A stretch of 64,000 nucleotides of DNA, taken from Desulfobacterales bacterium (GTDB taxonomy: Bacteria; Desulfobacterota; Desulfobacteria; Desulfobacterales; SpSt-501). The notes beneath the pieces are model-generated. The model did no database searches, had not been told where the DNA came from, and was given only the letters and a program-made list of their open reading frames with translations. The position numbers and the translations under genes were made by a program. Position 1 is the first letter of the stretch; each line of letters opens with the position of its first letter. The DNA lies in the NCBI GenBank assembly GCA_025454255.1, contig JALOOU010000001.1, positions 58,316 through 122,315 on the forward strand, given 5' to 3'. Below, one piece after another: positions 42,933 through 50,972 of the stretch.

Positions 42933-44189
42933 ATGACAAATTTGCACGAGCTTCTTAAAATTTCGTCCCGGCGCCTGGATGAGATCAATGCGCTCTTGAC
43001 CGACCCCAAGAACGAGACCGTCGCCGCCCTGCTCAAGGTGGTCGAGCGCCACGGCGGGCCGCAGGAGATCAACCGCAAGGCGGCCGAAGCCGCCACGCTC
43101 GAGAACCTCATGGCCCGCCTGGAGAAGGCGAAGTCCCCCTACCTTAAGGACCTTCACTGGCTGATCGAACAGCGCGACAAAAAGGCCTTCATTTCGATCC
43201 AGGACTACGTCCAAAAGGTCGCGGGGGCTTCGACGGCGCTGGATCAGAAGAACGCCGTCACGCTTGAGATCAGCGCCCTGCAGTATTTCCCCTGGCTGAT
43301 CACCGAGGCCAAACACTGCCTTGCGCAGGGCGAGTTGATGCCGGGCCGGTTCATCCGCGTTCGCAAAATGGTCGAACAGGAAACCGACAACGGGGACATC
43401 ATGGCAGTGGCGGCGGCCATGCAGATCATCGGCGCCAGCTACGTGGAGACGTTGGACACCAAGGGCACGGACGGCTCCAACGTCCACCTGGGCGGACCCG
43501 AGACCATCACCGGATACTTCGGCGGCATCGGCCAGCCCAACCACTACCCCCTGAAATGGGCCGATGAGTTTTTGAAATACTACACCACGTACGGCGTGCG
43601 CCAGGTGCTCAACATCAACCCGGGCACGGTGCTGGTCGGCTATCTCATGCACCGCCTCGGGATCGACAACGAGTTCAAGATTTCGGTCTTCATGGGCAAC
43701 GACAACCCCTTTGCCATTCTGTGGACGCTGTTGGCGGCAAGGCTCTTCGCGCGCGAGGACGGCAAGACCTCGCTGATCGGCTTCAATCTGTCCAACTCCG
43801 CCGACAACGACACCCTGCGCCAGGCCTCTTATCTGCGCCGGGCCCTGGGCCTCGAGGAGGTCGTCCGTTTCGAGCACCACATCACCGAGACCTGGAAATC
43901 CATCGTGCGCCAACCCTACAACCGCCGCGCCGAGCTGGTGGAAATCGCCAAGGAGGTGCCCAACATCTCCGCCAAGCACGAGGGCGGGGAGCCGGAAATC
44001 GAACAGGGGCTGCCGCATCCCTCGGACATCCTCGACTACTTTCTCGCCAAGGCCGATGCGGAGAAGGCCGGCCTGATGCCGGCGCTGGAGAAAAACTACA
44101 TGGAAAAGCACCGGTCGGTGGGGCTGACCGCCCAGGCGCTGGTCAAGGCCGGCATCGGCGTGGTCTGCGCCGCCAGGCTGCACCTCTAG
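42933..44189 (+). CDS. hypothetical protein (418 aa), no recognisable family
   Basis: RBS AAGGAG 6 nt upstream. Normal-looking composition with no low-complexity stretches or TM helices. It lies in the same operon-like run as PanB and the E1. Confidence 0.6.
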   Translation: MTNLHELLKISSRRLDEINALLTDPKNETVAALLKVVERHGGPQEINRKAAEAATLENLMARLEKAKSPYLKDLHWLIEQRDKKAFISIQDYVQKVAGASTALDQKNAVTLEISALQYFPWLITEAKHCLAQGELMPGRFIRVRKMVEQETDNGDIMAVAAAMQIIGASYVETLDTKGTDGSNVHLGGPETITGYFGGIGQPNHYPLKWADEFLKYYTTYGVRQVLNINPGTVLVGYLMHRLGIDNEFKISVFMGNDNPFAILWTLLAARLFAREDGKTSLIGFNLSNSADNDTLRQASYLRRALGLEEVVRFEHHITETWKSIVRQPYNRRAELVEIAKEVPNISAKHEGGEPEIEQGLPHPSDILDYFLAKADAEKAGLMPALEKNYMEKHRSVGLTAQALVKAGIGVVCAARLHL

Positions 44190-44249
44190 CCGCTCGCCGC
44201 CGCCGGCGAAAGCAGCGCCTTTCGCCGGCGGCGGCCGCTGAAGCTGCCG

Positions 44250-45017
44250 ATGCCGACCGCTGAACAGGAGAAACGCTACAGCCGCCAGATCCGGCTGCCC
44301 GCCATCGGCCCCGCGGGTCAGGACCGCTTGGGCCGCTCGCGCGTGGCGGTGGTGGGCTGCGGCGGATTGGGCTCGGTCCTGGCCCACGTCATGGTGCGCA
44401 TGGGCGTCGGGCGGGTCACCGTGATCGACGGCGACCGGCCCGAGGCCTCCAACCTGCATCGGCAGATACTCTATGACGAGGATGACGTCGCCGCTGGAAA
44501 ACCCAAAGCCCTGGCGGCCTGTGAAAAGCTCCGCCGGATCAACGCCCTGGTCGAGGTCGCGGGGAGGGCCGAGCGGCTGGAGGCGGCGAATGCCGATCGG
44601 CTCCTGGCCGACCACGAGGTGATTCTCGACGGAACGGACAATCTTGACACCCGCCTTTTGGTCAACGAGTGGAGTGTCGCCAGTGGCGTCCCGTGGGTGT
44701 ACGGCGCTGTCGCGCATGCGCAGGGCATGGTGCTCGCGGTGCGGCCCGACAATGGGCCCTGCCTGGTCTGCCTTTTCCCGGAGACGGCGGCCGAGTCGGC
44801 TGCGGAGGAGCCCCTGCCGATCTTTCCCCCTGCCCCCGTCGCCGTCGCCTGCCTGCAGGCGACCGAGGCCGTCAAACTCCTGCTCGAACCGGCGCAGGTG
44901 AACCCGAACCTCCTCGTTTTGGATCTCTGGAGCGGCAGCTGCCAGCAGATCCCCTTGCAGCGCAACAGCGCGTGCCGCTGTTGCGCGCATCGCCGCTTTT
45001 TTTATTTAACCCGCTGA
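44250..45017 (+). CDS. ThiF/MoeB/HesA-family E1-like adenylyltransferase
   Basis: RYSRQIRL, nucleotide loop VAVVGCGGLGS, DGDRPEASNLHRQ and two Cys pairs (CLVC, CRCC). Confidence 0.85.
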   Translation: MPTAEQEKRYSRQIRLPAIGPAGQDRLGRSRVAVVGCGGLGSVLAHVMVRMGVGRVTVIDGDRPEASNLHRQILYDEDDVAAGKPKALAACEKLRRINALVEVAGRAERLEAANADRLLADHEVILDGTDNLDTRLLVNEWSVASGVPWVYGAVAHAQGMVLAVRPDNGPCLVCLFPETAAESAAEEPLPIFPPAPVAVACLQATEAVKLLLEPAQVNPNLLVLDLWSGSCQQIPLQRNSACRCCAHRRFFYLTR

Positions 45018-45161
45018 TTCCGATGGAAAAGCCGAAGATAGATTCTGCCCCAGTTAAGCGGGATGACACCCGGCATTGATTTCAACATAATGGAATGATA
45101 TTGGATTTTTATCGGGGGTGCGGAACGGCCTCCGGCATCAACTCCTGCGCAGGCGCATCCC

Positions 45162-46490
45162 ATGAAGAAACCCCTGTTCGAAAAAATGAAGTCGATGTTC
45201 CACCTGATGGAGCACGACTACCAGGAGATCAGCCCCCTGGAAATGCTGATCTACCGGCTGGCAAGGGGCAACACCTACAACATGCGCGTGGTGGGGCTGG
45301 AGGGCATCAAGCGCTTTCGCCGCGACAATCCCGATTGCGCCATCACCTTCAAGTCCAACCACCTGAGCGAAGCCGATTTCGTGCTGCTGGCGGTGCTCTT
45401 CCGGGACCACGGACTGCGTCTTCTGATCGAGGGCGGGAGCAACCTTTTTTTGGAGAACATCGACATTTTCGAGGACCTTCTGCCCAAGCTGCTCGGCCCC
45501 TCCTTTCGCACCTTGGCGCAGAGCCGGCGCCTCACGGTGGCGCAATACCTCTCCCAGCGCGGGGCCTTCAAGGTGTTTCGCAACCCCGTCAGCCTGACGC
45601 AGCCGAACGGGGAGGAGATCAAGCTCGGCCGCAAGGAGATCCTCTCCCTCGCCCGCGCCTACCGCCAGCAGCTGGTCATGGGAAAAGAGATGTATCTGAC
45701 GTTTCCCGGCTTCTCCACCGTGCGCTCGGGCCTGCTCGACCTGCTCAAGATGGACAGCGTGAAAACCGGCCGATCCTACACGGGCAAGATCGACGGGTTT
45801 CACCACCTGCCGTTTCAAATGGACATCGAGGCGTCGCTGGACACCGGCATCGACGTCTACATCGTCGGGGTCAACGTCGCCTACGAGCGCGTGCTCGAGG
45901 ACGACAATTTCCAGGAACTGACCCGCCTGCATGAAGCCGGCGCCGACCCGCAGGAGATTTACCTGAAGGACCTCGGATACGTGGTCAACCGCTTTCTGGA
46001 GGACAAACGCAAGGCGGACCTCTCTATCAAGTTCACGGTGCCCCGCAAAGTCGACACCAAGCCCATGCGCGGCGATGTCCTCGGCGCGAAAATCAAGTTC
46101 GCCGCGCACGCCTGCGCCCGCGAGACGTTCGAGCAGGTCATGGGGATGCAGCCGGTCTTCCCGGCCAACATCTTCTTTTCAGCCTTCGATGAGCAGTTCA
46201 GCCGGATGTCGGTGGGCGTCATGCGCGAAAAGATCGACGATCTGCGGGAGCATCTGCGCCACCTCGCCTGGGGCCGGCATAAGCGGCGCGTGGATTTGCA
46301 TTTCGTGCTCGGCTACAATCACCAGATCATGTCGGCCGACGAGATCATCAATCGCACGTTTGAGATCTTCACCGCCACGGAGCAGCCGGCCACATCGCTC
46401 GACGGAAACATGTTCGTGGTTCACAACCGGGACGTCGCCGCCCAATACCGCAACCACATCGGGCATTTTTTCGGCGAAGCCAAAAAGTGA
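45162..46490 (+). CDS. PlsB/GPAT-like acyltransferase family protein
   Basis: Acyltransferase block I HxxxxD (KSNHLSEADFVLL) and block III-like IEGGSNLF. 442 aa. Confidence 0.65.
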   Translation: MKKPLFEKMKSMFHLMEHDYQEISPLEMLIYRLARGNTYNMRVVGLEGIKRFRRDNPDCAITFKSNHLSEADFVLLAVLFRDHGLRLLIEGGSNLFLENIDIFEDLLPKLLGPSFRTLAQSRRLTVAQYLSQRGAFKVFRNPVSLTQPNGEEIKLGRKEILSLARAYRQQLVMGKEMYLTFPGFSTVRSGLLDLLKMDSVKTGRSYTGKIDGFHHLPFQMDIEASLDTGIDVYIVGVNVAYERVLEDDNFQELTRLHEAGADPQEIYLKDLGYVVNRFLEDKRKADLSIKFTVPRKVDTKPMRGDVLGAKIKFAAHACARETFEQVMGMQPVFPANIFFSAFDEQFSRMSVGVMREKIDDLREHLRHLAWGRHKRRVDLHFVLGYNHQIMSADEIINRTFEIFTATEQPATSLDGNMFVVHNRDVAAQYRNHIGHFFGEAKK

Positions 46491-46509
46491 ACCTTCCTCT
46501 TCGCCGGCA

Positions 46510-47055
46510 TCAAGAGGGCTTGGCCGGGCGTAGTTTGAAGCTCTCCAACACCATCTCGAAGGTCTTCAGGTCCTTCTCGAAATACTCCTCCTGGGTGGCC
46601 GCATACCGGATGTTGAAGAAACTGTCGCCGCTGATGACTCCGTAATAGATGGTCTTGAAATTGAAACCGTCCGCATCCGTGTAGATAAAGGTGAGCCGGA
46701 AGCCGCTGAGGCCGGCCACGCGGGCGGGGGTCCTCTCCAGCAGGCTGAAATTGCGGATGTTGGTGTCGGAGATGATCTCGCTGACGACGATCTCGGCCGC
46801 CTCCTCCGGCATCATGCCTTTGCGCATCGAGCGCTGCGTGAACTGAAACGGTTCGGACAAAGGGCGCTCCCGAATGAGCACGAACTGCTTGTAGCCGCCG
46901 TCCTTGGTCATAAACAGCATGGGGTCGTCCGAGTCGATCGTTTTCCAGCCCTCGGGGAGCGCCGCGTTGAAGTTGTAGGCCGGCTTGCCGCCTCCATGCG
47001 CGCAGGATATCAGTACTACCGACAACACGACAAAGGTCCAAAAGCGGGTCGTCAT
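46510..47055 (-). CDS. lipoprotein, function unknown
   Basis: Lipobox VLISC after a hydrophobic leader. RBS AAGGAG upstream. Lower GC than the flanks. Confidence 0.6.
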   Translation of the reverse strand: MTTRFWTFVVLSVVLISCAHGGGKPAYNFNAALPEGWKTIDSDDPMLFMTKDGGYKQFVLIRERPLSEPFQFTQRSMRKGMMPEEAAEIVVSEIISDTNIRNFSLLERTPARVAGLSGFRLTFIYTDADGFNFKTIYYGVISGDSFFNIRYAATQEEYFEKDLKTFEMVLESFKLRPAKPS

Positions 47056-47354
47056 GGGTGTTCTCCTTGCAGCGATAAGCTTACTTTATTGAATTGATTA
47101 ATATTTCAATCTCAATTGGCGATCATAGAAGGCATCGGCAACCGTGTCAAGGATCAGCCGGAAAACCTCCCGCGCCGCAATCCATATCGGAGAAACCGGC
47201 CGGGAACTTTAGCGGAATTTCGGCCGGTCCGCCGCCGGCGACAACCCGCAGCCGGATGATTCTTTTTTTGTGGACAAACGCCGGCGCATGGTTATAATAC
47301 GGCAGATAATTAAAGCGGGGTCGAACTTAAAATTCAAAAAGGAGGATTTTGAGA

Positions 47355-47561
47355 ATGAAAAGACTGATGTTGGTTTTGATGGCTGTCTTGCTGATCGCCG
47401 GTTGCACCTCTGAATTCTACAAACACGACTCGCTCTTCAAAACAAACTCCCACGCCGCTTTCAGCTGGTGGGGCTACAAGAGCGTCAATGCCGATCATGC
47501 CAAGATGTCGGCCGAGCAGGGCTGGTGGGGCAAGGAAATCCCGTACGTCCCCGCCAAGTAA
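47355..47561 (+). CDS. small lipoprotein (68 aa), function unknown
   Basis: ATG at 47355, 9 nt after GGAGG. Leader MKRLMLVLMAVLLIAGC (lipobox LIAGC). Trp/Gly-rich mature part. Confidence 0.55.
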   Translation: MKRLMLVLMAVLLIAGCTSEFYKHDSLFKTNSHAAFSWWGYKSVNADHAKMSAEQGWWGKEIPYVPAK

Positions 47562-47590
47562 TCCCATTCGCGCAGAACCCGCTGATCGAT

Positions 47591-47627
47591 AAAAAGAGGC
47601 CGGATCGTTCGATCCAGCCTCTTTTTG
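47591..47627 (+). terminator. rho-independent terminator after the small lipoprotein gene
   Basis: Stem AAAGAGGCCGGATC / GATCCaGCCTCTTT with a GTTC loop, followed by TTTG. Confidence 0.6.
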
Positions 47628-47711
47628 CGTGCGGTCTTGCCCCCCGGCATGCACCGACCCGTGCATCGGCGGCGAGGCCGGCGACGATCGCAGGTTGCCG
47701 GGTACATACGC

Positions 47712-47868
47712 GAAAAGTGGCTTCAAAACCCCGTCTAGCGGCTGGGGGTCCCGCCCCGGCGGGATGGCGGGCCCCGCGAACGTGCGCACCACCGATCAAG
47801 GTCGCGGCGCGTTCGATTCGGCCTCCCGTTTTGCCAGCAACCGTGATCCGAGATTGAGATCACTTCTA
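47712..47868 (+). repeat. copy A of a ~155-nt intergenic repeat element (possible structured RNA or MITE-like unit)
   Basis: Aligns with the reverse complement of 54981-55136 at roughly 84% identity over ~145 nt with one 1-nt indel. The ends are mutually complementary (AAGTGG...CACTT). Confidence 0.6.
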
Positions 47869-47885
47869 CCCATCGAGGATGGCAC

Positions 47886-50741
47886 ATGCGAAGGCGTTCT
47901 TGGATAGGCCTGTGCGCGGGTCTTTTCGTTATGGCGGCCGCTCCGGCGCCGGCCTCGGACCTCATCCAGGTTTCGACCCCCGGCCTGCCATCGGCGATCA
48001 GCGTCGAGCGCCTGGCGGGCCCGCAGCAGGCGGTTCTGTCGGTGCGCGACCCGAACGGCGAACCGATAGTGGGGCTCGGCCCCCGGAGCTTCGCGCTGGG
48101 GCATGGAATCCGCAAGGCGCGGGTGCTTTCCGCCGAACCGATTCAAGCCGACCAAGCCCTTCCCGTCAACCTGGTGCTGGTGATCGACAACTCCTTTTCC
48201 ATGCAGGAGCGGGGGGCGATCCCGCCCCTGCTGGCTGGGCTGGATGACCTTTTGAAGGATGTGCGGCCGATCGACAACATCCACGCGGTTGTCTTCAGCG
48301 AGCGGGGGATGAGCGTCGCGGGACGCAGCCTGAACGTGCGCACCTTCACCTCCAGCAGGGCATCGGAATGGAGCCGCTTTTTCGCCGAGGCCTTCGACAA
48401 GGGCATCACGCGCCGGACCTTCCTCTATGAGGCCGTCGCGGCCGGTTTGGAGATCGTTAAAACCATGCCGGCCGACGAGCAGAAGCTGATGATGGTCTTT
48501 TCGGACGGGGAGGATCTGAACAGCAAGATCGGCGCGGCGGCGGTCGCCGCCGGCCTGCCCGACCTCAAAAAATTTTGGGCGTTTGCCATCGACTATATGC
48601 CCGGGGAGAAGACGGACGCTTTTTTATCGAGCTTTGCCGCAAGCCATGGCGGACGGATCTGGAAAGCTCGCTCCGCCGCTGAGCTGAGCCCGATCTTTCG
48701 CTCATTCAAGACCGCCGTGCGACACAACTACCTGCTGACCTATGAACTGCTGAACCCGGTCGCGCTGGAGCCCAAGCGCCTGAGCTTCGAGCGGCTCACC
48801 ACCTCCACGGGCCGCCCGGCGGCCGCCATGGTGTTTTTCCATACCCATCGCGATCAACTTCCTGAGGCCTATGCCCTGCTCGGCTCTCCCGCCGCGGCGG
48901 ACGCCTTCCGGCCCGACGACCTGAAGGGCGCCCTGGAACGCTATTTCAATGTCCTGAACATCATCGGCAAAACGTTGCGCGAGGCGCCGGGGTCACGGAT
49001 AGGGATCATCGGCTGCACGTCGGACACCGGGCCCGAAAAAAACAACCTTGCGCTGGCCCAAGGCCGCGCCGAGGCCGTGAAAACCTACCTTGAGCGCATT
49101 TGGGGCATCGCCCCGGAGCGCATGCGGGTTGAAGCCCGCGGTCTGCCGGCCGATCCATCACCCTCCGACACCCGCGCAGGGCGGCTGGAAAACCAGCGGG
49201 TCGAGTTCATCTTCAGCTCGGAGGCCGCCCGCGCGCGCGTTCTCGGCGGCCTGATCGCAGAGGCCGAAAATCAACGCGCACTCTCCGTGAGACTCGACCT
49301 TCACCCTCTGCCGGGGATCGCCGGCTTCGAAGTCACGCTGCGGGGCGAAGAGCGGGTGCTGCACACCCTGGCTGCCGCCGCCGGACCCCAGCCCGCCTAT
49401 TCCATTCCGCTGGATGCCATCGGCCGGGAGCGGCTCGCGTCCCTGAATGCGATCGAGGCCGTGCTGCGCGTCACGGACGCATCGGGCCGGGTGCACGAGG
49501 CCGCCTCGGACCTCTGCCACCTCAAAACCGCCTCACGGGAGCTGATCCATGAAATCGGGCACCCCCCCTACGGCACGATCCGGCTGGAGCCGAGCCCTCT
49601 GACGGTGGAGGAAATCACCGTGGTCGAAAGCTCCCCCCTGCTTCACCACGTCTATTTCGAAGCCGGCCGCGCCGACATCCCGGAACGCTACCATCGGTTC
49701 ACCTCAGCCGCAGCCGCCTCCGGCTTTGATGAAAAAACGCTCCAGGGCACGATGGATAAGTACCGCCACGTGCTCGACATCATCGGCAAGCGCGCCGCGG
49801 AGCGTCCGCGGGCGCGGATCACGCTCACCGGCTGCCACTCCGATTCCGGGGAAGAGAAAGGCGATCTTAGGCTCTCGCGCCGCCGGGCAGAATCGGTCAG
49901 CGCCTATTTGAAAACCGTCTGGGGCATCGATTCGTCGCGGTTGCAGATAGAGGCCCGCGGGCTACCGGCGGCGGCGAGCACCCCCGGTAGCGCGGAGGGG
50001 CGGGCCGAAAACCAGCGGGTCGAAATCGCAGCGGACGACCCAGCCGTCCTCGACACCGTCCAAAGCACCCGCCTCGAGGCTGCCAGCGACACCGATCGCG
50101 TCCGGATCATCCCCGCAGTGGAAGAGGGCCTGCGCTTGAAGCGCTGGCGCATCGCGATCTACGGCGATGGAAACCGCCTCGAAGCCCTCGACGGCGAGGG
50201 GGATCTGGAGCCAAGCTATGTTCTGGCGCTGAAGGACGTGGGGCTGTTGAATCTCGGCCGGCACCAGACGATCACCGCTGAGCTGGAAGGCGAAGATGCC
50301 GCGGGCCGGCGGCTGCAGGTGCAGGACCGGGCCGAAGTGCGCCTTGTTCGGCGCGAAGAGCTTCGCGCGCGCCGGGAGGGCTACCGGGTGATCGAAAAAT
50401 ATGCGCTCATTCTCTTCGACTTCAACCGCGCCGATATCAAGGAGCGCAACCGGGTGCTGGTCGACCGCATCGGCGCGCGGCTGGGGCAGCAGCCTGCGGC
50501 CGTGGTCAAGATCGTGGGCCACACCGACCACATCGGCGGCGGCGACTACAACCTGGCGCTCTCCGCCAGGAGGGCCAAGGCCGTCTTCGACCTGCTGGCG
50601 GCCGGGGGCGCCTCCGCGCAGGGACGCATCTCCCATGAGGGCAAGGGGTCGGCCGACCCGCTTTATGACAACCGCCTGCCTGAAGGCCGGGCCTACAATC
50701 GCACGGTATCCGTGACCCTGGAATATGGGCAGAAACCGTAG
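47886..50741 (+). CDS. secreted VWA-domain protein with three OmpA-like (peptidoglycan-binding) domains
   Basis: Signal peptide (GLFVMAAAPAPASD). VWA MIDAS-like LVIDNSFSM and VFSDGED. Three OmpA-like modules at about nt 48936-49215, 49752-50030 and 50413-50725 (NLALAQGRAEAV...NQRVEF; LRLSRRRAESV...NQRVEI; GHTDHIGGGDYNLALSARRAKAV...NRTVSV). Confidence 0.85.
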   Translation: MRRRSWIGLCAGLFVMAAAPAPASDLIQVSTPGLPSAISVERLAGPQQAVLSVRDPNGEPIVGLGPRSFALGHGIRKARVLSAEPIQADQALPVNLVLVIDNSFSMQERGAIPPLLAGLDDLLKDVRPIDNIHAVVFSERGMSVAGRSLNVRTFTSSRASEWSRFFAEAFDKGITRRTFLYEAVAAGLEIVKTMPADEQKLMMVFSDGEDLNSKIGAAAVAAGLPDLKKFWAFAIDYMPGEKTDAFLSSFAASHGGRIWKARSAAELSPIFRSFKTAVRHNYLLTYELLNPVALEPKRLSFERLTTSTGRPAAAMVFFHTHRDQLPEAYALLGSPAAADAFRPDDLKGALERYFNVLNIIGKTLREAPGSRIGIIGCTSDTGPEKNNLALAQGRAEAVKTYLERIWGIAPERMRVEARGLPADPSPSDTRAGRLENQRVEFIFSSEAARARVLGGLIAEAENQRALSVRLDLHPLPGIAGFEVTLRGEERVLHTLAAAAGPQPAYSIPLDAIGRERLASLNAIEAVLRVTDASGRVHEAASDLCHLKTASRELIHEIGHPPYGTIRLEPSPLTVEEITVVESSPLLHHVYFEAGRADIPERYHRFTSAAAASGFDEKTLQGTMDKYRHVLDIIGKRAAERPRARITLTGCHSDSGEEKGDLRLSRRRAESVSAYLKTVWGIDSSRLQIEARGLPAAASTPGSAEGRAENQRVEIAADDPAVLDTVQSTRLEAASDTDRVRIIPAVEEGLRLKRWRIAIYGDGNRLEALDGEGDLEPSYVLALKDVGLLNLGRHQTITAELEGEDAAGRRLQVQDRAEVRLVRREELRARREGYRVIEKYALILFDFNRADIKERNRVLVDRIGARLGQQPAAVVKIVGHTDHIGGGDYNLALSARRAKAVFDLLAAGGASAQGRISHEGKGSADPLYDNRLPEGRAYNRTVSVTLEYGQKP

Positions 50742-50972
50742 CATCGGCCAGCGGCCGGTGTCGAACGCGGAGGCACTGGCCCCCTGACCGCCCGCGCTGC
50801 AGCTGAAAACCGCCCTTGCCCCCCGAACGGACCCCTCCCCTTCACCGTCGGCACGGAATCTAACCTTAAGATCATCTGCAGGTCATCCTGCGGCGAACTT
50901 GAGCGCTTATCATCCGTGCGTGTATCGTATGCGAACCGCACGACCTACAAAAAAATCAGGAGGCGACACACC

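Noticed and set aside
42024-44990. 988-aa uninterrupted minus-strand ORF, the longest in the window
   Set aside because: It lies antisense to three plus-strand genes with clear family motifs (PanB, the RBS-supported 418-aa ORF, ThiF/MoeB-like E1). Its translation is Arg/Gly/Ala/Pro/His-rich with no motifs, typical of a high-GC shadow ORF.
47334-48284. Multiple 90-160-aa ORFs on both strands around 47330-48280, and the similar ORFs at 54851-55291
   Set aside because: They overlap the intergenic repeat element or the start of the VWA gene. The apparent peptide similarity between the two loci (e.g. KVAARSIRPP / KVAALSIRPA) is explained by the nucleotide repeat in inverted orientation, not by coding.
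50860-50972. Possible sigma-E (RpoE)-type promoter upstream of degP (GAACTT at about 50898)
   Set aside because: Only the -35-like GAACTT is present. I could not find a convincing TCTGA-like -10 at the correct 16-nt spacing, so it is not reported as a feature.
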